Assembly (NCBI GenBank): GCA_049322915.1
Contig: JBMOPW010000032.1
Span: forward strand, 64,001-128,000
Origin: Candidatus Zhuqueibacterota bacterium
GTDB taxonomy: Bacteria > Zhuqueibacterota > Zhuqueibacteria > Thermofontimicrobiales > Thermofontimicrobiaceae
DNA: 64,000 bases
Direction of reading: 5' to 3'
The position numbers were made by a program, and so were the translations under genes. Positions 57,022 through 64,000 of this stretch are shown one piece after another. The notes beneath the pieces are model-generated. The model was not told the DNA's origin. It searched no databases and saw nothing but the letters and a program-made list of their open reading frames with translations. The first letter of the stretch is position 1. Every line of letters begins with the position of its first letter.

Positions 57022-58299
57022 ATGAACGATTATTTTTTCGATATAAAAATATTGAATGAATTGGTCAGCCGAAGATCAGAGCCGGGCTGGGTGAAGGATG
57101 CGCGCAACGCGGCGCTGACTCAATTCGTAAATCAGCCCTGGCCGGGCATCCGGGATGAGGAATGGCGGCGAACCAATATTTCGCACATCAATTTTCAGAG
57201 TTATGAAATTCTCAATGGATACAAAGATGCAGGGAAATCCGAGCCTGTCGATGAATTGCCCGGGAAAAGCGGTCTGGCCGAGTTTCGGGGACATCAGTGC
57301 ATCAGCGCGAAGATCAGAAAGAGCCTCGACGACCGAGGAGTCATTTTCACCACATTATCCGACGCCATGAATCGACACGCGGCATTGGTTCAGCGCTATC
57401 TGCCGGCCCAAAAGGAAGATGGCAAATTTGAAAGTCTGAATAAGAGCCTCTGGACTCACGGCGCGTTTTTATACGTGCCTGCTTTTGCTGAAATCAGCGA
57501 GCCGTTTCTACTTTCATTCCATGAAGCCGGAGCAAAGAGCGCCAGTTTTCCGAATGTGATGGTGATACTGGAAAAAGGCGCCCGGGCCGAGCTTCGCACC
57601 GACATTTCCAGTGAAGTGGGCCAGGAAATTTTTCGCAATGCCCTGGTTCATCTGTACGTGGAAGACGGTGCGGCGTTGAAGTATTTTGAATTTCAAAACC
57701 TTAACGACGCATCCCTGAATTTCTCCAATAACCATGCCCGTGTGGCCCGGGATGGAGAGATTCAATCGGTGGTCATCAATACCGGCAGCGCGCTGAGCAA
57801 GACTAATTTCAGGTGCGAGTTGCAGGGGCCTGGCGCCAATGCTCATGTCAATGGAATTTACTTTGCCAATCACAATCAGCATTTCGATTTGCGCACGGTG
57901 CAACACCATGAAGCGCCGCAGGCCGCGAGCAATTTGCTTTACAAAGGTGTGGTGAAAGATCGCGCGCACACAATCTATCAGGGCATGATAAAAGTCTTTC
58001 CGGATGCGCAGCAAACGGACGCGTATCAGTCCAACAAGAACCTTGTGCTGGACGACCATGCGCGAGCCGATTCCATCCCGGGCCTGGAAATTCAGGCCAA
58101 CGATGTGAAATGTAGCCACGGTTCCACGACAGGCCGGGTGAACGATGATGAAATCTTTTATCTCATGTCCCGGGGCATTTCACTGGACGAGGCCAGAAAA
58201 ATGATCATCAGCGGATTTTTCGAAGACGTTATCTTGAAGCTGCCAGCGGATTTGCAGGACGCTGTACGGGAACAATTGGAAACGAAATTAGAAAGTTGA
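57022..58299 (+). CDS. sufD: Fe-S assembly protein SufD
   Basis: EEWRRT, PGLEIQANDVKCSHG and FYLMSRG motifs. Confidence 0.95.
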   Translation: MNDYFFDIKILNELVSRRSEPGWVKDARNAALTQFVNQPWPGIRDEEWRRTNISHINFQSYEILNGYKDAGKSEPVDELPGKSGLAEFRGHQCISAKIRKSLDDRGVIFTTLSDAMNRHAALVQRYLPAQKEDGKFESLNKSLWTHGAFLYVPAFAEISEPFLLSFHEAGAKSASFPNVMVILEKGARAELRTDISSEVGQEIFRNALVHLYVEDGAALKYFEFQNLNDASLNFSNNHARVARDGEIQSVVINTGSALSKTNFRCELQGPGANAHVNGIYFANHNQHFDLRTVQHHEAPQAASNLLYKGVVKDRAHTIYQGMIKVFPDAQQTDAYQSNKNLVLDDHARADSIPGLEIQANDVKCSHGSTTGRVNDDEIFYLMSRGISLDEARKMIISGFFEDVILKLPADLQDAVREQLETKLES

Positions 58300-58306
58300 G
58301 GGACCC

Positions 58307-58618
58307 ATGGAGAATTGGATAAAAGCAATGCCTGTCGAAAATTTGAAATCCGGCAGTCAGCTTTTCGTGCACAACGGGAAACGCATTGCGCTGTTCAAAC
58401 TGGATGATGGCATCTTTGCGATTGACGATGAATGTTCCCATGCCAATGCCTCCCTTTCCGAAGGGTGGATTGAAGAGGGTCAGGTGGAATGTCCCCAGCA
58501 CGGCGCGCGGTTCGATATTCGCACCGGGAAGAATCTCCGGTTTCCGGCTGTCACCCCGGTCGCTGCGTATCCAACGAAGATCGTCGATGGATTTGTCTTT
58601 GTGAGTTTTGAAAATTGA
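58307..58618 (+). CDS. Rieske-type ferredoxin
   Basis: CSH..CPQHG. Confidence 0.9.
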   Translation: MENWIKAMPVENLKSGSQLFVHNGKRIALFKLDDGIFAIDDECSHANASLSEGWIEEGQVECPQHGARFDIRTGKNLRFPAVTPVAAYPTKIVDGFVFVSFEN

Positions 58619-58672
58619 AAAGCGGGTCGAAATTAAAGTCAACTCATAAAAAAATTCCGGGCAGGCGAAGGA

Positions 58673-59956
58673 ATGGAAACAAACAGCACAACAGTACGGC
58701 GAAAGGTTAGCGAATCAGGATTAAATCCGGATGAACTGCGTCAGGATTTCCCGATCCTGTCGCGAAACATGTCCGCAGCAAAAAATAACGGACAGTTCAC
58801 GCGGCTCATCTATTTCGATAATGCCGCGACGACCCAGAAACCGCGGCAGGTGATAGAGGCGCTGGTTCGTTATTATGAAAATTCCAACGCCAATGTCCAT
58901 CGCGCGCTGCACACACTGGGCGAGGAGGCGACCGGGGCGTACGAGAAAAGCCGAAGGAAGGTGGCGTCGTTCATTCGCGCCAATTCCACTCGCGAAATCG
59001 TTTTCACGCGGGGAACCACGGAGTCCATCAATCTGGTAGCGACGGCATGGGGTCGGAAATTTCTTCAGGCCGGCGATGAAATAATACTGACGGAGATGGA
59101 GCATCATAGCAATTTGATTCCCTGGCAATTATTGGCCAAAGACAAAGGCGTCCGGCTGCGATTCATCCCGCTGCTGGAGAACGGCACGTTAAATTTTCGA
59201 AGTCTGGGAGAATTGCTGAATGAGCGGACAAAGCTCATCTCGCTGGTGCATGTTTCCAATGTGTTCGGGACAATTAATCCTGTCCGCGGATTGATTCGCA
59301 AGGCGCATCGGCGCGGCATTCCAGTGCTGCTGGATGGCGCGCAGAGTGTGCCGCATTTGCCGACAGATGTGCAGGAACTGGACTGCGACTTTTTAGCATT
59401 TTCAGGACATAAGATGTGCGGGCCAACCGGGATCGGTGTTTTGTACGCCAAAGAAAAATGGCTGGAGCAAATGGATCCATACCAGGGAGGCGGCGAAATG
59501 ATCAGTTCTGTATGGCTGGATCGTGCGACCTGGAATGAGTTGCCTTACAAATTCGAAGCCGGGACGCCGAACATTGCCGGAGCGATTGGATTGGGCGCCG
59601 CGATTGACTATCTATCCCGGTTGGGACTGGCCGGGATCACGCGCTACGAACAGGAGCTCACCACCTACGCCTCGTTGAAGCTGCACCGGATCGATGGCAT
59701 GAAGATATACGGCAAAGCGCCCGAGCGCAGCGGGATCATCTCATTCAATCTGGATGCCATTCACCCGCACGATATGGCGCAGTTCCTGAACAATACCGGG
59801 ATTGCGGTGCGCGCCGGCCATCACTGCGCGCAACCAGCCATGCGAAAATTGGGATTAGCGGCAACGACCCGCGCCAGTTTCTATTTTTACAACACATTCG
59901 AGGAAGTCGATATTTTCGTGGACGCAGTCAAAAAAGCAAAGGAGTTTTTTGCCTGA
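58673..59956 (+). CDS. sufS: Cysteine desulfurase SufS
   Basis: DNAATTQKP, EHHSN, SGHKM and RAGHHCA motifs. Confidence 0.96.
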   Translation: METNSTTVRRKVSESGLNPDELRQDFPILSRNMSAAKNNGQFTRLIYFDNAATTQKPRQVIEALVRYYENSNANVHRALHTLGEEATGAYEKSRRKVASFIRANSTREIVFTRGTTESINLVATAWGRKFLQAGDEIILTEMEHHSNLIPWQLLAKDKGVRLRFIPLLENGTLNFRSLGELLNERTKLISLVHVSNVFGTINPVRGLIRKAHRRGIPVLLDGAQSVPHLPTDVQELDCDFLAFSGHKMCGPTGIGVLYAKEKWLEQMDPYQGGGEMISSVWLDRATWNELPYKFEAGTPNIAGAIGLGAAIDYLSRLGLAGITRYEQELTTYASLKLHRIDGMKIYGKAPERSGIISFNLDAIHPHDMAQFLNNTGIAVRAGHHCAQPAMRKLGLAATTRASFYFYNTFEEVDIFVDAVKKAKEFFA

Positions 59957-60387
59957 TGGAATTTGAGGATTTATACCAGGAAGTGATTTTGGATCACTAT
60001 CGGCATCCCCGTAACTTTGGGAGCACCGTGGCTCAGTGCATCCGGGTGGAACATGACAATCCTGTCTGCGGCGATCACATCGCGCTCATGCTCGTCATGA
60101 ACAGCGACGGCATTCTGGAGGACATCAAATTTGAAGGCGCCGGCTGCGCCATCAGTATGGCGTCGGCGTCGATGATGACCGAGGCGGTGAAGGACAAATC
60201 TGCAGACGACGTCCTGGCCATGATTCAGAAAATACTGCAATCCCTGCGCGGTGAAATCGCCTCTGATTTTCTCGATGAGCATGGCGATTTATCTGCATTG
60301 AAAGGGGTGGTCAAATTTCCCGTTCGCGTCAAATGCGCGACATTGGCCTGGCATGCGCTGAAGGATGCAATCAGTCTGAAAAAGTGA
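59956..60387 (+). CDS. sufU: SUF-system NifU-family protein SufU
   Basis: ILDHYRHPRN, NPVCGD, GCAISMAS and RVKCATL motifs. Confidence 0.93.
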   Translation: MEFEDLYQEVILDHYRHPRNFGSTVAQCIRVEHDNPVCGDHIALMLVMNSDGILEDIKFEGAGCAISMASASMMTEAVKDKSADDVLAMIQKILQSLRGEIASDFLDEHGDLSALKGVVKFPVRVKCATLAWHALKDAISLKK

Positions 60388-60566
60388 AGCTGCCGTGGCG
60401 AGATGGACAGAAGCCGGTGGACTATTCCATGCCAGAGGCGGTGACGATGCGATTTCGTACCGTGAGGCAATATCCGCTCGCACGCCCGGGGCGCTTTTCA
60501 ATGACAAAGTCATTACTCAATAATTCGTTGAAGCAATCACCATGTACACGCAGAAAGGAATTCAAG

Positions 60567-61130
60567 ATGAAGTCGATTCAAATGACAGTTTTCATTTTGA
60601 TCGTCGTATTCATGACGATGCTGGTGCTGACCCCGAATTATGCACAGGAGAAAGCAGCGTCGGGTATGGCCATCAATGAGCACTTGAAACCGTTGCTGCC
60701 GTTCATTGGGAAAACCTGGAAGGGCGAGTTTGCCAATTCCACGCCGGAGAAACCAATGATCGACGTTCAGAGTTGGGAACTGATTTTAAATGGCCAGGCC
60801 ATCCGAATCATGCATTCCGTGAATGACGGCGCATACGGCGGAGAGAGCATCATCGTGTGGGATGCACAGAAAGAGAGCCTTGTCTATTTCTATTTCACAA
60901 CTGCGGGATTCTACACCCAGGGGACATTTTCTTTCGACGGGGAGAAATACATCAGCCATGAATTTGTGACCGGCAATGCCCAGGGCATCACCGAAGTGAA
61001 AGGGATTGGCGAAATTCTGGCGGACGGACGAATGCGCAGCAGCTCTCAATACCTGCAACAGGGCGCATGGGTGGATGGCCACACAATTCATTATGTCGAA
61101 GACGCTTCTGCCAGACCTGTTTTTAAATGA
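60567..61130 (+). CDS. Secreted hypothetical protein (lipocalin-like beta barrel)
   Basis: Signal peptide; LLPFIGKTWKG motif; start placed at ATG 60567. Confidence 0.7.
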   Translation: MKSIQMTVFILIVVFMTMLVLTPNYAQEKAASGMAINEHLKPLLPFIGKTWKGEFANSTPEKPMIDVQSWELILNGQAIRIMHSVNDGAYGGESIIVWDAQKESLVYFYFTTAGFYTQGTFSFDGEKYISHEFVTGNAQGITEVKGIGEILADGRMRSSSQYLQQGAWVDGHTIHYVEDASARPVFK

Positions 61131-61209
61131 CGCAGGCTGAGATCATCGAACAGTCTCTCCGTCAGGAGGCTGGCTTGAATCAGAATATTTTGGAAAGAGT
61201 TACATTACC

Positions 61210-62064
61210 ATGAATAACTTCAGGGAAATAAAAACGACCCTCGATGCGAAGCCGACTCTGGAAGGCGCCGGGGTGAAACTGAACAGGGTGTTCGGGTTCA
61301 ACGAGGTGCCTGGATTGGACCCGTTCCTGCTGCTGGATGATTTTGGTTCAGATGACCCGCAGGATTACATCGCTGGTTTTCCGTGGCATCCGCATCGCGG
61401 GATTGAAACGGTGACGTATCTCCTGCACGGTGCGGTGGAACATGGCGACAGCATCGGGAATTCTGGAATAATCAATTCAGGGGATGTGCAGTGGATGACC
61501 GCCGGCAGTGGCATCATTCACCAGGAAATGCCCAAAAAGGTCAGCGGCACGATGCGCGGATTTCAGTTGTGGGTCAATCTGCCGGCATCCCATAAAATGA
61601 TTCATCCCCGCTACCAGGAAATTGGGACTGATCAGATTCCTGAGGTGGTTGTCGATGAACATGTCTCGGTGAAAATTATTGCCGGGCAGATGCATGGGAA
61701 AAAAGGCCCGGTTCGGGATTTGACCGTCGGGACAGAATTTTTCGATGTGACCATGGCGCCGAATTCGTCTTTTGAAATAGCAGTTTCAGAAGGCAGGACA
61801 TCCTTTGCGTACATCGTTTCCGGAGACGGCCATTTCCAGCCGGAGTCGGACCGGGTGCTTCGGCAGGGGCAACTTGTGCTGTACGATGATGGGGCGATGA
61901 TTAGCGTGCGGACTGCGGAGCATCCTGTCCGGTTCCTGCTCCTTTCCGGCGCTCCCCTGCGAGAGCCGGTTGCCTGGCTCGGGCCCATTGTGATGAACAG
62001 CCAGGAAGAACTGAATGTGGCGTTTCAGGAACTCCAAGCCGGGACATTCATTAAAAACAGGTGA
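61210..62064 (+). CDS. Pirin family protein
   Basis: DPFLLLD, HPHRGIETVTY, MTAGSGIIHQE and QLWVNLP motifs. Confidence 0.93.
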   Translation: MNNFREIKTTLDAKPTLEGAGVKLNRVFGFNEVPGLDPFLLLDDFGSDDPQDYIAGFPWHPHRGIETVTYLLHGAVEHGDSIGNSGIINSGDVQWMTAGSGIIHQEMPKKVSGTMRGFQLWVNLPASHKMIHPRYQEIGTDQIPEVVVDEHVSVKIIAGQMHGKKGPVRDLTVGTEFFDVTMAPNSSFEIAVSEGRTSFAYIVSGDGHFQPESDRVLRQGQLVLYDDGAMISVRTAEHPVRFLLLSGAPLREPVAWLGPIVMNSQEELNVAFQELQAGTFIKNR

Positions 62065-62130
62065 GGCCGCGTTCGCGCAACCCGGGGGCGCGTCGTTGAA
62101 AACATGGAAATGTAACCAGGAGGTGGTAAC

Positions 62131-63069
62131 ATGAGACGGGTGGTCTTTTATTCAATAACATTAATTTTATTGATGACAGGTTTAACTCATTCACAGGAAA
62201 AAAAGATGAAATTCAAAGCGTTGACCAAAGAGGAAGAAGCCGTCATTATTTACAAAGGAACGGAGCGGCCATTCACTGGCGAGTATTATACTCACAAAGA
62301 AAAAGGGACTTATACCTGCAAACAATGCGGCGCTCCGCTGTACCGGTCTGAGGATAAATTCGATTCGCACTGCGGCTGGCCGAGCTTCGATGATGAAATC
62401 CCCGGCGCGGTTCAGCGGGTTCCGGATGCGGACGGACGGCGGACTGAAATTTTATGCAATGCCTGCGGCGCTCATCTCGGCCATGTGTTTCTGGGAGAGG
62501 GATTAACGGATAAAAATACGCGCCACTGCGTCAATTCCATTTCGTTGAATTTCACTCCGGCCCAGGCAACGACCGATGTCGAACAGAAGGTGCAGCGGGC
62601 CTATTTTGCCGGCGGTTGTTTCTGGGGCGTCGAACACCTTTTCAAAGACGTCAAAGGAGTGATTTCCATAAGCGTCGGGTACATGGGAGGGCATACGACA
62701 AATCCCAGTTACAAAGAAGTATGCGCAGGAAACACGGGACATGCCGAGACCATGGAGGTCGTATTCGATCCGGGCGTCACTTCGTACGAAACGCTGGCGA
62801 AATTATTCTTCGAAATTCACGATCCGACTCAGGTGAATCGGCAGGGGCCGGATATTGGCGAACAGTACCGTTCGGCAATTTTTTACGCCAGCGATGAGCA
62901 GAAAAAAATCACTGAAAAACTGGTGAGCATTCTAAAAGACAAAGGCTATAAAGTGGCAACTGAAATTACAAAGGCTGATACATTTTGGCATGCCGAAGAT
63001 TATCACCAGGATTATTATCTGAAAACTGGAAAGCAGCCTTATTGCCATCGGTATACAAAACGATTTTAA
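62131..63069 (+). CDS. msrAB: Bifunctional methionine sulfoxide reductase MsrB-MsrA, with signal peptide
   Basis: GTERPF, CGWPSF, HLGHVF, RHCVNS, then GGCFWG and AEDYHQDY. Confidence 0.93.
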   Translation: MRRVVFYSITLILLMTGLTHSQEKKMKFKALTKEEEAVIIYKGTERPFTGEYYTHKEKGTYTCKQCGAPLYRSEDKFDSHCGWPSFDDEIPGAVQRVPDADGRRTEILCNACGAHLGHVFLGEGLTDKNTRHCVNSISLNFTPAQATTDVEQKVQRAYFAGGCFWGVEHLFKDVKGVISISVGYMGGHTTNPSYKEVCAGNTGHAETMEVVFDPGVTSYETLAKLFFEIHDPTQVNRQGPDIGEQYRSAIFYASDEQKKITEKLVSILKDKGYKVATEITKADTFWHAEDYHQDYYLKTGKQPYCHRYTKRF

Positions 63070-63085
63070 CAGAAAGGGTAACAAA

Positions 63086-64000
63086 ATGACATCGTTTTTG
63101 AATTTTAAAAAAGCTATTGTTATATTAGCGATTCTTTATCCCATCATTGCTTTCGGGCAGGAGCGCGACACACTCAAGGTCGATGCCGTCGAATTAATCA
63201 ATGGTCGTGAAGTGCAGGGGCAGACGAAATACTCGGTCGCGAGGGATAATTACGTTTACCTGTTCGCGCAGGAGAAGAATAAAAAGCGGTTCGAGAAATC
63301 GCCTGAGCAATTCGAAATTCAACTGGGCGGCGCTTGCGCCCGGATGGGCATTCTGAGCGGAAAAGGCGACACTGATCTGTACACCGTCCATGAAAACAGA
63401 CTGTTTATTTTTGCTTCAACGTCCTGTAAAAATACATTCCTGAAAGATCCGTCCCTGGTGCTGGAGCAGGATGATGCCAGACCTGAAACCACGCCGGAAT
63501 TGTTATCCCAGGGGCAGGCGCTTTTGCAAAAAGCAATTCAGGCGATTGGCGGTGAAGATAAACTGAACAGTCTTCACAGCTATCAGGAACGAATTGTGAC
63601 CGTGAATGAGTACGAGGGCAGGAACGTGGAAATTAGCAAAATCCACACGTTTGTTATTCCCAATAAATTGAGAGTGGATGATACCTGGGACACCTATGCC
63701 TGGGCATCGGTTGTTTCAGAAATGGATGCTTTTAAGCTCAGTTCAAGCGGGTACCGCGCCATGGTCCCGATCCAGGTACATGCTCTCCGGCGGCAGTTTT
63801 TGAGGAATCCCATTTTTCTGCTAAGCAATCGGAAGATGGAAGGGTTTATTGCAGTGGCCAGCGGCGCCGAACGCGTTGCCGGAAGGGAACTGGAGATGCT
63901 GACGCTCTTCATCGATGGCGCGTCCAGCACATTAGGAATTGATCCGAAATCCGGAAGAATTCTGAGCATTCGCTACAAGGATTTTGGGCCGGGCATGTTC
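63086..64000 (+). CDS. Partial secreted protein: YHS-like N-terminal domain plus LolA-like region (runs off the window)
   Basis: Open frame from ATG 63086: MTSFLNFKK..YLFAQEKNKKRFEKSPEQF..GGACA..IFASTSCKNTFLKDP..LLQKAIQAIGG. Confidence 0.7.
   Translation, partial: MTSFLNFKKAIVILAILYPIIAFGQERDTLKVDAVELINGREVQGQTKYSVARDNYVYLFAQEKNKKRFEKSPEQFEIQLGGACARMGILSGKGDTDLYTVHENRLFIFASTSCKNTFLKDPSLVLEQDDARPETTPELLSQGQALLQKAIQAIGGEDKLNSLHSYQERIVTVNEYEGRNVEISKIHTFVIPNKLRVDDTWDTYAWASVVSEMDAFKLSSSGYRAMVPIQVHALRRQFLRNPIFLLSNRKMEGFIAVASGAERVAGRELEMLTLFIDGASSTLGIDPKSGRILSIRYKDFGPGMF

Noticed and set aside
62131..64000. Selenocysteine recoding in the Msr or YHS genes
   Set aside because: The relevant positions are Cys codons and there is no in-frame TGA

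Overview
Bacterial chromosomal window, probably from an FCB-related lineage such as KSB1 or Calditrichota. This is an inference from T9SS-style C-terminal domains, a PorP/SprF gene and a group II GGGP synthase. From left to right: (1) a housekeeping run recR-pgsA-pgpA-thpR-recA-recX-alaS, then an archaeal-type GGGP synthase and a CpsB phosphatase; (2) an FG-GAP-propeller sensor kinase with a sigma54 regulator, a decayed HI0074/HEPN pseudogene, a hypothetical protein and an acyl-CoA dehydratase activase; (3) the main candidate novel system, a nine-gene minus-strand cluster (18.6-29.0 kb) combining a PorP/SprF fusion and T9SS-type cargo with an ExbB + 2x ExbD proton motor, a Gly-rich TonB-like protein and a TPR lipoprotein; (4) an active/inactive pair of M14 peptidases, a class II amidotransferase, a GH13, two LeuC/D-type hydro-lyases (one fused, with altered motifs), a C69 peptidase and an MNT-HEPN toxin-antitoxin pair; (5) a candidate structured RNA, a PLP decarboxylase, a radical SAM protein, pip, two PHP proteins, an ArnT-like transferase and a D-TA enzyme; (6) an Rrf2-regulated SUF/redox cluster with three IscR-type operators. 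No rRNA, tRNA, CRISPR array or transposase was recognised. All calls come from motif reading by eye; no searches were run.
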